A stretch of DNA of 64,000 bases from IMG/VR virus record IMGVR_UViG_3300001687_000017. One strand, given 5' to 3'. Positions 7,939 to 17,878 of the stretch are shown here, piece by piece. Every line of letters starts with the position of its first letter. Position 1 is the stretch's first letter. A program made the position numbers and the translations under genes. The notes beneath the pieces are model-generated. The model ran no database searches and was not told where the DNA came from. It saw only the letters and a program-made list of their open reading frames with translations. The stretch is from an uncultured virus (IMG/VR IMGVR_UViG_3300001687_000017) (lineage: Duplodnaviria > Heunggongvirae > Uroviricota > Caudoviricetes).

Positions 7939-8304
7939 TCAGTTCGTTTCTCCGGTGTCTTTTATGACCTCAACGGCTCGGTCGTCCCAAAGTTCGGTCA
8001 TGCCGGGGTCCTTCTCGTTGGTGACCTCCAGGTCGCCGAGACCGTGCTTCTTGAGCCACGCTTTGATCGGCGCAAGGTTCTTCTTTTCGGAGGCTCGCGC
8101 CGTGAAAATCTTTACCGTCTTTCCGGCCTTGCGCCAACGGCGTATGCGTTCGGCCATCTTGGCTACCGGCGGCCCGATCTTTTCAGGATCAAAAGTCCCT
8201 TTCACCGTTTTGGCCAGCGTGCCATCCAAATCGACGCCGATCCACGGCTCGATCTTTTTCTCTAGCAAATCACTGGCTAGTCGATAGCTCTCTTCGTAAC
8301 GCAT
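7939..8304 (-). CDS. HAD-superfamily phosphatase
   Basis: WIGVDLDGTLA, KIFTAR, VTNEKD, LWDDRA. Start at ATG 8304. Confidence 0.88.
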   Translation of the reverse strand: MRYEESYRLASDLLEKKIEPWIGVDLDGTLAKTVKGTFDPEKIGPPVAKMAERIRRWRKAGKTVKIFTARASEKKNLAPIKAWLKKHGLGDLEVTNEKDPGMTELWDDRAVEVIKDTGETN

Positions 8305-8309
8305 TTTGT

Positions 8310-8588
8310 TTACGTTTTTAAGTCGCAAGCCACCAGCCGCGCCGTCCGGTCTTCCGGCAGGACAAAAACGGCCAGACTGCGAACCTCGGCGTCGACGTTG
8401 GTCGCTTCGGTCTCGTCGATTTCCCTGCATTCCACAGGGATGTCCTGCCAGATCGGGCGCAGGCTACGCTTGACCGCCAGAGCCAGTGCCGCCAGCGGCG
8501 TCACGACTATCCGAGCTGGTCTGCGCTTGTGCTTCGCCTCGAACTGGTTCAGCAACTGGCTGAGCACCTTCTCCGCTGTTTGATTCAT
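8310..8588 (-). CDS. hypothetical protein
   Basis: Co-oriented in the operon; plausible codon usage. Confidence 0.65.
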   Translation of the reverse strand: MNQTAEKVLSQLLNQFEAKHKRRPARIVVTPLAALALAVKRSLRPIWQDIPVECREIDETEATNVDAEVRSLAVFVLPEDRTARLVACDLKT

Positions 8589-8748
8589 GTCTGGTGGCCA
8601 TCAGCTCGTCGGCGTGCTTAAGCAGATGGCCGGTCAAAGCTAAATACTCTTGGAGCAGCCCCGCCATGCCGATAAGCGGCGAGACCTGGCTGCTGAGCTG
8701 GGCCGCCTTGAGCTTCAAGGCCATGTGGGTTTGTTGCGTTTTGTCCAT
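8464..8748 (-). CDS. hypothetical protein
   Basis: First gene of the leftward operon, behind the GTTCTTTAGAAC motif; overlaps the downstream gene. Confidence 0.5.
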   Translation of the reverse strand: MDKTQQTHMALKLKAAQLSSQVSPLIGMAGLLQEYLALTGHLLKHADELMATRHESNSGEGAQPVAEPVRGEAQAQTSSDSRDAAGGTGSGGQA

Positions 8749-8767
8749 TTCCGTTCTTTAGAACCGT

Positions 8768-10321
8768 ATGTCGCCAACTTTTTCGCTGATCTACACGAGC
8801 GTCCGGCCACAGATGATTGGACCTATCCTCGCCACCTGGGTCGAACGCTGCGCCAACAAGGAAGCCATCGAAATCATTCTGACCGTCGACGGTCCAGATG
8901 AAGGCTCCAAAGCGGTGGCCGCCGACCTGGCCACCAAAATGCCCATGCTGCGCTGGTTTGAGCAGCCCGAGGGGCCGTTCAACTGCGTCAAGGGCTGGAA
9001 CCTGGCAGCCTCGAAAGCCACCGGCAAAGTGTTCGTCCAGGTGACCGACGACATGATGCCGCCGCAGCACTGGGACGAGGAACTGCTGAAGCTTAAGCCC
9101 GAAGGGTGGATTGACGGCGAGTTCGCCGTTCACGTGGAGGACGGCTATGTCCACGACCTCATGGTCTTAGCTATCATCACCCGCAAGCGCTACGAGCGGT
9201 TCGGTTACTTCTTCTACCCGGATTACGAGAGCATGTTTTGCGACACCGAGCTGACCACAGTCGCCTACCGGGACAAGGTGGTCATCAACGCCAAGCACCT
9301 GCTCTTCGAGCACATGCACCCGGACGCGCAAAAGCGTAAACGGGACAAGGTTGATCTGGTCCACGCGTCCAAGGAGCGCTGGGTGCGCGGCGAGACGCTT
9401 TTCAACCACCGCCGGGAACGCAATTTTCCAATCGATGTGGGACCCCAGGCGGACAAGACAGCCAAGCCGGTAGGCTACAAGTTTTGCGTTTACACTCAGG
9501 CCACCCGCGACGATTTCTGCCTACTGGAGGTCGGCAAGCGCATGATGGAGGAAGGCGTCAACGATTTCTTCTTCAGTATTCCAGACGAGTACTGGGCGGG
9601 CCGCCCGACGCCGGAAGAAAACATGTCGCAGGTCGAGCAGGTTGCCCAGCAGTTGCGGCAGCTCGGGGCCAACGTGCGCACCATGCGCCATCCAGTCAGG
9701 AAGTACCGCTGGCCCGGCGACAGCCGGATTACAGTTGAGACCCGCGTGCGCAATGACGCTCTGGCTGAGATTCGTCGGGCAGGATTCGAGCATGTGCTGA
9801 TCGTCGATGGGGACGAGCTGTGGAAGCGCGGCACCCTGAACTACGTTAGAAAGGTTCTCGATGAGTGGCATCCGCTTTCCATCAACTGCCTCATGATCCC
9901 CGTCGTGGGCCTGCCAGGTTACCCCATCGACGGGGCTACCGATGTGGCCGTGATCTACCTTAACTCAAAGGTTCCCTTCAAGGAATGCCGCACGCCCCAC
10001 GGTGATCAGTTTCGGCTGCAAATGCCACAGGTTGTCCACTTTACCGGCACCAGAAAGACGATGGAGGAAACGATCCAGAAGCATCTGGACAGCGGCCACT
10101 ACGACGATCCCGAGTACGATTTCGACTACTGGATCAAAAACGTCCTGCCCAACATTAAGCCTGGCTATCGTCACACGTTCCCGGACGGCCAGGTCGGCAT
10201 CCACATGTTCAAGCGCTATCAAATCTGGCCTTCTGTTCGGCACTGGATGCCGGAAGAGGTCACGCAGTTGCCGCAGGCGCTTCATCCCTATCTCGGTATC
10301 GAGCAGCCTGCGACCCCGTGA
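8768..10321 (+). CDS. double-domain glycosyltransferase (GT-A/GT2-like)
   Basis: N-domain: SLIYTSVR, CVKGWN.AA, QVTDDMMPP, FCDTE. Second domain: RNDAL...VLIVDGDELW. Confidence 0.88.
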   Translation: MSPTFSLIYTSVRPQMIGPILATWVERCANKEAIEIILTVDGPDEGSKAVAADLATKMPMLRWFEQPEGPFNCVKGWNLAASKATGKVFVQVTDDMMPPQHWDEELLKLKPEGWIDGEFAVHVEDGYVHDLMVLAIITRKRYERFGYFFYPDYESMFCDTELTTVAYRDKVVINAKHLLFEHMHPDAQKRKRDKVDLVHASKERWVRGETLFNHRRERNFPIDVGPQADKTAKPVGYKFCVYTQATRDDFCLLEVGKRMMEEGVNDFFFSIPDEYWAGRPTPEENMSQVEQVAQQLRQLGANVRTMRHPVRKYRWPGDSRITVETRVRNDALAEIRRAGFEHVLIVDGDELWKRGTLNYVRKVLDEWHPLSINCLMIPVVGLPGYPIDGATDVAVIYLNSKVPFKECRTPHGDQFRLQMPQVVHFTGTRKTMEETIQKHLDSGHYDDPEYDFDYWIKNVLPNIKPGYRHTFPDGQVGIHMFKRYQIWPSVRHWMPEEVTQLPQALHPYLGIEQPATP

Positions 10322-10322
10322 G

Positions 10323-10652
10323 ATGCTTCGGCCAAAATACCCGAATCGGAGAACTTACCGGCCCAACTTCCCGCTGGCCAAGGCCGACGAGGAGCTGCGG
10401 CTTTTGCACGGGACAATTACGGGCCGCGACGCAGAGCAGGCAATCCTGGACTATCTGCGTGAGCACCTGGGCGAACCCATCTTGTCGTGGAAGGTCTGCT
10501 ACGAGCTATGCGTAAGCCGCCGACCTTTGATTCGCAAAGAGCAGGTTTTCTACCGGAGGCAGATGACGCGGCTGATAGCCGAACGGAAGGTGGTGAGGTA
10601 CCACCGGGGCCGTTTCCGGGACAAAGTCAGGATTTCTGAGGCTTGGGTTTAG
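10323..10652 (+). CDS. hypothetical basic protein (possible winged helix)
   Basis: ATG at 10323 directly after the glycosyltransferase stop; Arg-rich. Confidence 0.6.
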   Translation: MLRPKYPNRRTYRPNFPLAKADEELRLLHGTITGRDAEQAILDYLREHLGEPILSWKVCYELCVSRRPLIRKEQVFYRRQMTRLIAERKVVRYHRGRFRDKVRISEAWV

Positions 10653-10654
10653 CT

Positions 10655-11914
10655 ATGCAATCGATTCAAAACACACAATGGCAGGTGGCGACGTTCAATG
10701 CGCCCGTCGTTTTCAACCGCGACCGCGAGGAAACCTGGTTCATGAACCCGGTTCGCCGCTACGTCTTCAACGGGCACCACCTTGCCAAGCTACAAGAGCA
10801 CATCGAAACGGTCTCCGATATACGCGGTTGCGCGGACTATAGACCGCTCCAGGCGGGTGCGGCGTTGAACGGCAGGCGTATTTTCGTCGAGCGTTTTCGG
10901 GATCGCGGAATTGGCGATCTGCTCTTTTTGACCGGCCCGTTATCCTTGATGCAGCACCTGAGCGGCGGTACGGCCAAGTTTCACGTCTACGCTTTTGCGG
11001 ATCGCGGCCAGGTGCTTCAGCACAGCCCGTTTTTAGAGCACGGCACGGTGTTTGTTGGCCCCACGCACTACGACGACTTCAGGCATTATGCCTATCAGTG
11101 GCTCGTGGACAGCGCCACCGAGTCCTGCCAAGAAGGCGATCAGCACAACGTCTACGACGCGCTTTATGCTCAACTCGGAATGGACCCAAATAGGATCGAG
11201 CCGCGCTGGAAGCGGCCCGTAATGTCCATTCACCCCAGCGAGCTGGACGGTCTGAACCAATTCTTCTTTCGGCGCTGGCTTGACCGGCATATTGACCTAC
11301 GGACTAGCGGCTATTACGTCGTTGCTCCGTTTACCCATTCACCGATGCGCCTGCCCGGCTATCAGTTCTGGCAGACCGTGATCAAGGACCTGAGTCAAAG
11401 GCGGCCCGTAATCGTGATCGGCAACCCCAAGGCCGGTATTCCACACATGGACATGGACCCAGCGGACTTTGTGGCCAGCCTCGATGAAATGGGCGAAAAC
11501 GTAATCAACCTCATCCCCGAAGACGTGAGCCCGACGCTCCGGTTCGTTTGCGTTTTGATCGCAAGCGCCAACTGCGTTGTTTGCCCGGATACCGGCCCGT
11601 TATACATCGCGCAGGCCAATCGGACGCCAGCCATCAGCATTTGGGGTCCACACGATCCACGCGTGCGCATCGGATACGACCAGGACTACATGGATTTGGC
11701 CATTTGGAAGCCCGATTCGTGCCTGTACGCGCCCTGTTTTTGTTTCGGATCGTTCCCCGAGCGAAAGTGCCCCGAGGGCGGCGGACAAAAAATCTGCGAG
11801 GTCATCAAGGCAGTCTCACCGAACGACGTTCTAGCTCTGTTGGAAAGGGTCGAGTTTCGCCACCCGAGGCAAATCGGCGTTTTGAAACCGCGACAACCTG
11901 AAAACGAGTCATGA
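10655..11914 (+). CDS. GT9 (heptosyltransferase-like) glycosyltransferase
   Basis: RGIGDLL, VCPDTGPLYIAQA, ISIWGPHDP, C..PC...C...C C-terminus. Confidence 0.9.
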   Translation: MQSIQNTQWQVATFNAPVVFNRDREETWFMNPVRRYVFNGHHLAKLQEHIETVSDIRGCADYRPLQAGAALNGRRIFVERFRDRGIGDLLFLTGPLSLMQHLSGGTAKFHVYAFADRGQVLQHSPFLEHGTVFVGPTHYDDFRHYAYQWLVDSATESCQEGDQHNVYDALYAQLGMDPNRIEPRWKRPVMSIHPSELDGLNQFFFRRWLDRHIDLRTSGYYVVAPFTHSPMRLPGYQFWQTVIKDLSQRRPVIVIGNPKAGIPHMDMDPADFVASLDEMGENVINLIPEDVSPTLRFVCVLIASANCVVCPDTGPLYIAQANRTPAISIWGPHDPRVRIGYDQDYMDLAIWKPDSCLYAPCFCFGSFPERKCPEGGGQKICEVIKAVSPNDVLALLERVEFRHPRQIGVLKPRQPENES

Positions 11915-12366
11915 GCAGAAGACAAGGCCGCACCATACCGCACACACCGGTCATCAAGATCGGCAGCGTGACCGTCGACGTGGAGTACTGGCTGACGCTG
12001 GAATACCGCGACATCGGCGACGCCTCCGTGGACCTGCCATCGGTAATTGAGTGGTTCAATTACCAACACCAGGTCCATTTGGAGGAAAAGATGCAGACTG
12101 AGGGTGAACTGGCCAGGGCCAAGGCCGAAGCCTACTTCGCCCTCAAGGACGGCGAGTTCGTCCGCCGTGGCTACGGCCAGAAGCCCACGGAGGCTTCGTT
12201 GGACCACGCCGTTGAGCTGGACGATAAAGTCATGCGCCTTCGGGACAGGGTGGCCACGTTAACAGGTTGGGTTGATCGCTTCAGGAACATCCAAAAAAGT
12301 CTCCAGTTCAAGTTGGAGCTTGTCCGTTCTAACGAAGCGACACGCCGGAAAATCCTGGATAACTAG
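11911..12366 (+). CDS. UvsY-like recombination mediator (putative)
   Basis: Helical 151-aa protein (KPTEASLDHAVELDDKV) directly before the SSB and RecA genes. Confidence 0.5.
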   Translation: MSRRQGRTIPHTPVIKIGSVTVDVEYWLTLEYRDIGDASVDLPSVIEWFNYQHQVHLEEKMQTEGELARAKAEAYFALKDGEFVRRGYGQKPTEASLDHAVELDDKVMRLRDRVATLTGWVDRFRNIQKSLQFKLELVRSNEATRRKILDN

Positions 12367-12401
12367 CGACGACCGGCCCGTAACAACGAAACAACGGACC
12401 T

Positions 12402-13895
12402 ATGAGCAAAATCATCACAGCAGCAGACGACATTGAGAGGTTTCTCGATAGCGAGAAGGACTTCTCGGACAAGCTGACCGGAACCAAGGCGCTCCGCGTC
12501 AAACTCGAAGAAAACGGGGACGCATGGCTTGTGCGTTTCCTTCCAGTAGCCCTGGGCAAGAGCGGGCGCTGGTACATCCGCACAGCCAAGCATTGGTTTC
12601 GCCGCCGACCCGTTGTGTGCCCAAGGCACATGCCGGAAGATTTCGGCGGCGATCCGAACGCTGAGTGCCCGGTGTGCGATTTGTCCTCCGAGCTTCGGGA
12701 CGAAACGCACGAGGAGCTGAACAACATCGGCTTCGAGATTCGGCCCACCCTCGCCTACCTGACGTACTGCTTGGTTTACAAAACCGAGACCCGGCGGGGT
12801 GGCATTCGGGAGATGCGCCCGGAGGACATCCTGGTGCCGTGGGAATTTCAGCTCTACAAGGGCACCTTCGACGAGCTGAGCGACTATTATCGCCGTGGAC
12901 GGACCGAATCCAGACCGCTCAGTGTTTTGGACCTCAAGCGCGGCAACGACTTTTGGGCCACCAAAACCAAGAAAGGCATCCGCCTCGACAAGGACGATCC
13001 AGGCCCTGCTTTCGCCAAAGACGTGTTTGAGGAGGCCATCAACGCTGTCTTCAGCGCGATCAAGGAGCCCAGGATCAAGCTGGACCCGCTGAAGGCACTG
13101 GAAACCTTTGCCCGCAAGTGCCGAGCGGAAGCCTACGGCGAGGGCGAACCGGAAAGCAGAACCCGCCGGGCTGGCCGTGCCTCCGGTTACGACGAAACGG
13201 ACGAGGACGAGGGCAAGGGTCGTCACGGACGAGGTCGCCGGGGCGACGATGATGACGACGATCGTGGCAGCTCGCGTGGCCGCCATGACGACGAAGAGCG
13301 GTCGTCCAGGCGCTCGCGGGACGAGGAAGAGCCCGAAGACAGGGGTTCACGCCGCAGCCGACAGCGCGAGGAAGAGCCCGAAGACAGGGGTTCACGCCGC
13401 AGCCGACGGGATGACGACGATCGTGGCAGCTCGCGTGGCCGCTCCGATTACCGAGCCGAAGACGACGAACCCCGTGGCCGTGGCCGTCGGGAAGACGATG
13501 ACCGCCAGGAGCGTTCCAGCCGCCGAAGCCGTGAAGACGACGATCAGGTGCCTGGAGCGGAGGTTCCTCCAAAGACCGCTGAATCGGTTCGTTCCGGTAA
13601 AACGGCCAGGTCGGTCCGTGGGGAAGACGATGTTAACGAGGAAGAAGATAGCGGCGTGACCGAAGAGGACAAGGATCAGGCTCCGCCGCGCCGTGGTAAA
13701 ATTCAAGGCGACGAAGAGCCGCCGGAGGACGATCGCCGCGAGTCGGAAGGTGAGGCGGAAGAAGGCGCTGAACGTGACGAAGGCCAGGAAGACCAGGAAG
13801 ACCGCCGCAGCAGTTCGGCAGGGTCCGTTGGTGGGCGCAGCGGAAGCCGTGGCAGCTCGCTTAAGGACCGTATCCGCCGAGTAACCAGGCACTAA
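12402..13895 (+). CDS. gp32: single-stranded DNA-binding protein (gp32-like) with long mixed-charge tail
   Basis: VRFLP, HW, C..CPVC zinc site, DLKRGNDF; C-terminal region of about 250 aa rich in R/D/E/S/G. Confidence 0.85.
   Translation: MSKIITAADDIERFLDSEKDFSDKLTGTKALRVKLEENGDAWLVRFLPVALGKSGRWYIRTAKHWFRRRPVVCPRHMPEDFGGDPNAECPVCDLSSELRDETHEELNNIGFEIRPTLAYLTYCLVYKTETRRGGIREMRPEDILVPWEFQLYKGTFDELSDYYRRGRTESRPLSVLDLKRGNDFWATKTKKGIRLDKDDPGPAFAKDVFEEAINAVFSAIKEPRIKLDPLKALETFARKCRAEAYGEGEPESRTRRAGRASGYDETDEDEGKGRHGRGRRGDDDDDDRGSSRGRHDDEERSSRRSRDEEEPEDRGSRRSRQREEEPEDRGSRRSRRDDDDRGSSRGRSDYRAEDDEPRGRGRREDDDRQERSSRRSREDDDQVPGAEVPPKTAESVRSGKTARSVRGEDDVNEEEDSGVTEEDKDQAPPRRGKIQGDEEPPEDDRRESEGEAEEGAERDEGQEDQEDRRSSSAGSVGGRSGSRGSSLKDRIRRVTRH
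13251..13442 (+). repeat. direct repeats inside the SSB tail
   Basis: 41-bp copies at 13322-13362 and 13367-13407; 33-bp copies at 13251-13283 and 13410-13442. Confidence 0.9.
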
Positions 13896-13913
13896 CCCTC
13901 AACCGACCGTCCT

Positions 13914-15323
13914 ATGGGCAAGGCCAAGATCAAGAGCACGAACCGCGACCTTCAGGGCCGGATTCTCACGGCGCTCAATCACATGCGGCCCAAAAAGGCC
14001 GACAAGGGAACCTTCATCGTAGGCCGGTCGACCGAAGAATCACCAACCAAGGTCCGTTATCTGGTGACGACGGGCATCCGCGCCTTCGATGATCGCGTGG
14101 GCGGGATGCCCGTTGGCAAAACCATTGAGCTGATCGGTATGCCGCAGAGCGGCAAGACGAACATGGCTGTGCGCACGTGCGTCCGGGCGCAGATGGGCCA
14201 CATTTACGAGCGCGTCGAGGACGACGGCGGCAAGATCACGCTCAAGAAGCTCAAGCCGGGCACTTATGACGTGACCACAATGTACTACGACAACGAAGGG
14301 TCGCTGTCAGACTTCGATAAGCGCCGGGTTGACGGTGTCCTCATGGACGGCCTGATCATTCCCTGCGACACGGTCGAGCTGCTCTGGAAGACGATGGATA
14401 GGGTCATTGTCGAGGTTGACAAGGAGGAAGAGGAAACCGGTCGGCTCCAAATCTTGATCGTTGTCATCGACACTGTCGGCATCATGAGTACGGCGATGGA
14501 GATGGAGAAGGAATTCGGCAAGATCGACTACCCACGCGTGCCCAAGCAGCTCAAGGACGGCTTCAAGCGTATGACGGGCAAGATGATGCGGGAAAACGTC
14601 CTGCTCATTGGCTTGAACCATGTCAGCAAGAAGCTGGTTCAGGGCTACAAGCGCGGACCCGGTATGAAGGGCTGGGAATACCAGCAGCCCGGCGGCCTGG
14701 CCTTCAGCTACTGCTCCTTCCATCAGGTCTATTTTGAGACGCTCCAGGTCAAATATCGGCTCGCTAAACGGGGCAGCCCCGACGGGTACCTGGTCTATTT
14801 CTGCGCCATGAAAAACCGGATCATGCCGCCTCTCCGGGAATGTCGTATGGCGCTGCTGTTCACAGTGAAAAACGGGGAAACCCAGGAAATACTTCGGGAG
14901 GGCGGCTTTAACGACGAGCTTTCGATTCTGGAGGCCCTGATCTACGACAAGGCCGCCGAGATTAAAAAGGACGGCACCGGGATTGTGTTCAGGTTTTCCG
15001 CGTTTGGCGTCGAGACAACCACGTTCTCTAAGGGTGAGTCAACGCCCAGTCTTGAAGAGCAGGATGAAAACGACGACGATGATGGTGGCACTTCGCGTAA
15101 ACGAAAATCGTCCAAGCCGGACGCCCGGCCTCGGCGGCTTTTCAATCCGCGCATTTCGACTCGTGGTGAGTGGCACGACTTTTACGCCGAGCACAAGGCT
15201 GACCTCGATGCGCTCTACGACCGGGCGACACAGGCGGCGACCTGCGGCGACCTCATGCCCAGCAAGGGCGCGTTTCCAGAGGACGAGGACGAGGCCGATG
15301 AGGACAACGAACTAGAGCCATGA
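13914..15323 (+). CDS. uvsX: RecA/UvsX recombinase
   Basis: TTGIRAFD..GGMPVGKTIELIG, Walker A GMPQSGKT, YYDNEGS, IVVIDTV, PGGLAF, KNRIMPP. Confidence 0.93.
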   Translation: MGKAKIKSTNRDLQGRILTALNHMRPKKADKGTFIVGRSTEESPTKVRYLVTTGIRAFDDRVGGMPVGKTIELIGMPQSGKTNMAVRTCVRAQMGHIYERVEDDGGKITLKKLKPGTYDVTTMYYDNEGSLSDFDKRRVDGVLMDGLIIPCDTVELLWKTMDRVIVEVDKEEEETGRLQILIVVIDTVGIMSTAMEMEKEFGKIDYPRVPKQLKDGFKRMTGKMMRENVLLIGLNHVSKKLVQGYKRGPGMKGWEYQQPGGLAFSYCSFHQVYFETLQVKYRLAKRGSPDGYLVYFCAMKNRIMPPLRECRMALLFTVKNGETQEILREGGFNDELSILEALIYDKAAEIKKDGTGIVFRFSAFGVETTTFSKGESTPSLEEQDENDDDDGGTSRKRKSSKPDARPRRLFNPRISTRGEWHDFYAEHKADLDALYDRATQAATCGDLMPSKGAFPEDEDEADEDNELEP

Positions 15324-15862
15324 GCATTGAGTACTACGGCGATCGAGAGATTGATCAGGTCTTTGCGGACCTGTTGGCCCGTCATCCTGATTTGCGCCTG
15401 CTGTACGAGGCGGATGTTGTTTTTCGGATTTGCGCGGTCAGGAAAATCAACAAGGACGAGGAGCCCGTGCCACTGCGCGGTCCGGTTATCAGGGTCAAAC
15501 GCATTTCCAAAGAGGACCGTCCGTTCATCGAGGGCCACTACAAGGTCTACGTGGATGCCTGCCGGTGGGAGCAAGCCAACGAGGAGCAACGGGAGGCACT
15601 GGTTCACTACGCGCTTTGTAGCGTCGGGGTCGAGCAGACCAAGTCCGGGATCAAGCTGGTCAAAGTCCAGCCCGATGTCTTGGTCTACCAGCGGAACGTG
15701 AGCTGGTACGGCCCCTACGAGGAGCCGCTGGTCACGCTGCGCAATAATCTTCAATCCGGCAAGAAAGGGCTGGTGCTTTCGGGCGCTCCTGTCCAACCCG
15801 TCGAACAGGAAGATAGCGACAAAAAACCGGCGAAAAAGTCGCGCCGAAAAACCAGTGAATAG
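15320..15862 (+). CDS. phage metallopeptidase-like protein, probably inactive
   Basis: W.......QREALVHYALCS, where active family members have HELxH; followed by a PDV motif. Confidence 0.65.
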   Translation: MSIEYYGDREIDQVFADLLARHPDLRLLYEADVVFRICAVRKINKDEEPVPLRGPVIRVKRISKEDRPFIEGHYKVYVDACRWEQANEEQREALVHYALCSVGVEQTKSGIKLVKVQPDVLVYQRNVSWYGPYEEPLVTLRNNLQSGKKGLVLSGAPVQPVEQEDSDKKPAKKSRRKTSE

Positions 15863-15957
15863 CCGGTGAACAATTTTTGATTCAATTTGGTTTGCCAGAG
15901 TAAAAAAGTTTACGATCATGTCCACACCGTCAGATCGGCGGTGTGGGTTTCCGCTTT

Positions 15958-16887
15958 ATGGCTAAGAAGGAATCTTCAGGTCCGGTTAGCGCGCTAAAAA
16001 CGCCCTCGATAGGGCGCTACAACCGCATTCTTTCAATCCTGGGATCGCAGCCAGCCTTCAAGGACCGGCTGGGACCGTGCGATCACGAGGTTGCCAAGCG
16101 GACAGGAGGGACCGTGGTGTACCCGCGTGGCGTGGTCGCCGTAGCCGACGCGATTCACGTCCAGGGCTACGACTCGCACACTGCTCCGCCGCCGTTGGTC
16201 CTGAACATTGCCGGTGAAGTCCTGAAGAAGATCAAATACGGCACCAAAAAGCCGGAAGCCAAAGCCGTAGACGCGCCAAAGAAGCCGCCACGAATCAGGG
16301 CAGCCAAGCCCGAACCCAAGCCCAAGGCCGAGCCTGAGCCTGCAAAGCCTGAATCCAAGCCTGAGCCCAAGCCTGAAGCTAAAGTAGAGGAACCAAAGCC
16401 CGCCGCACCAGCCACAGAAGCGCCAAAACGAAGGCGGAAGAAGGCTGAAACGCCAGCTCCCGTTGCCGCCAAAGAAGACGTTCCCGCAGCGCCACCGGCA
16501 CCACCAGCTGCCGAAAAACCCAAGCGTGTCAGAGCCAAGGCTGCGGCTGGAGAGCCGCCACGGCGCAAAGCTGTCCGGCCTCCAGATACGGAGGCCAAGA
16601 GGGCGTTGGAGAGAGCCGCTGAGGCCGCCAAAGGCCAGGAACCGGCCAAGGTGCCGGATGACGAACGGGTGCCTTACTATTACCCGTTTACGGTCTGCCT
16701 TTCGCTGATGCTGACCACGCTGAACATCCTGGAACTTTCGGACACTGAGGCCGGGAACGATTCCCGAAAGAAGAAAGTGACCGAATTGGTAGGCGAGCTG
16801 AACAAGCTCAAGGCCCGGCCCGTCCTGTTGCCCGCAGACATGAAGCCCTATCTTGAGCATGCCGAAAGCGCCCAGCAAAAAGCCTAG
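15958..16887 (+). CDS. hypothetical Pro/Lys/Ala/Glu-rich protein
   Basis: Long ORF with PEPK repeats; overlaps the next gene. Confidence 0.7.
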   Translation: MAKKESSGPVSALKTPSIGRYNRILSILGSQPAFKDRLGPCDHEVAKRTGGTVVYPRGVVAVADAIHVQGYDSHTAPPPLVLNIAGEVLKKIKYGTKKPEAKAVDAPKKPPRIRAAKPEPKPKAEPEPAKPESKPEPKPEAKVEEPKPAAPATEAPKRRRKKAETPAPVAAKEDVPAAPPAPPAAEKPKRVRAKAAAGEPPRRKAVRPPDTEAKRALERAAEAAKGQEPAKVPDDERVPYYYPFTVCLSLMLTTLNILELSDTEAGNDSRKKKVTELVGELNKLKARPVLLPADMKPYLEHAESAQQKA

Positions 16888-17878
16888 TCCTCCGAAGGGC
16901 CAGCATATTTTCGCTGATGACGAGCTGCATCAACTTGCGCTCCGTTGGAAGGAATTGAACGCCCAGGCCCGCCACGACGAGGCGATGCTCGTCCTGGAGC
17001 AGATCATCAAGGGCTCGACTCAAATGTTCGAGCGGTTTGCCCAACACGAGAAGTACCACAACACGGTTGACCTGGACACCTTGGTCAGCGCCGCGCAGGA
17101 GAAAGTCGTGAAGTGGCTGCTGCGCTGGGACCCGCGTCGTGGCAAACTGTTTACGTGGTTCAGCAAGTGCGCCAAGCACGCCTTTCTGAGCGAGCTGGTT
17201 AAGGTCAACAACTACCGCAGGCGCTTCCACGCGACTTCCGACAATCTGGAGACTTTCGTGGGTGTTGAGGACCACGAGGTTGACCGCCACGACATGAGCC
17301 AGATGGTCCGCGAAAAGCTCTCCCAGCTCACATGCCGATGGGGCAATCCACAAGAGATTGGCGCGATCCGCTACTTCATCGACTGTATTGTGGAGGACAC
17401 CGACAAGCGGGACCGTAACGCCATGATCCGGGCCGTCGTTTACGCCTGGGGCGTCAGTTGGGATCAGGCCAAATACTTTCATCGGTGGGCGCTGGCAGAA
17501 CTGCGATCGGCCTTTTTCGACTGTATCCGCTTCCCTATCACAGAGGAGGAGCTGTTCATGCTCCGCCATGCCTACAGCGACGCCGTCGACCTGGTGCCCA
17601 TTATTGGCTGGGAAAGGTGGAAACAAGCTTGCGTGCGCCACGGTGGATCGAGGATAAAGTTTCCTCCGATCGCCGCCATCATTCGGGCCAAGCAGGATTA
17701 CAAGATGAGCCTGGAGATTGCCCGGAGCGACAACGACCCTGATAGTATTGCCAGGATCGCGGCCCGGCACAAGCGCACGGCCAAGTCCGCCAGCGACACC
17801 TACGAGGAAATGACGGAAAGCTTGAAGCGCGAGCACGCTGGAAGGCACCACATTTACGGTGAACACGAGCACGCTTGA
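16859..17878 (+). CDS. RNA polymerase sigma-like factor 1
   Basis: Region-2-like DLDTLVSAAQEKVVKWLLRWDPRRGKLFTWFSKCAKHAF (compare FDP..G.F.TY). Confidence 0.75.
   Translation: MPKAPSKKPSPPKGQHIFADDELHQLALRWKELNAQARHDEAMLVLEQIIKGSTQMFERFAQHEKYHNTVDLDTLVSAAQEKVVKWLLRWDPRRGKLFTWFSKCAKHAFLSELVKVNNYRRRFHATSDNLETFVGVEDHEVDRHDMSQMVREKLSQLTCRWGNPQEIGAIRYFIDCIVEDTDKRDRNAMIRAVVYAWGVSWDQAKYFHRWALAELRSAFFDCIRFPITEEELFMLRHAYSDAVDLVPIIGWERWKQACVRHGGSRIKFPPIAAIIRAKQDYKMSLEIARSDNDPDSIARIAARHKRTAKSASDTYEEMTESLKREHAGRHHIYGEHEHA

Noticed and set aside
13251..13442. Repeats as a CRISPR array or diversity-generating template/variable pair
   Set aside because: Only two copies of each repeat, in frame within a low-complexity protein tail; no spacers, cas genes or reverse transcriptase in the window.
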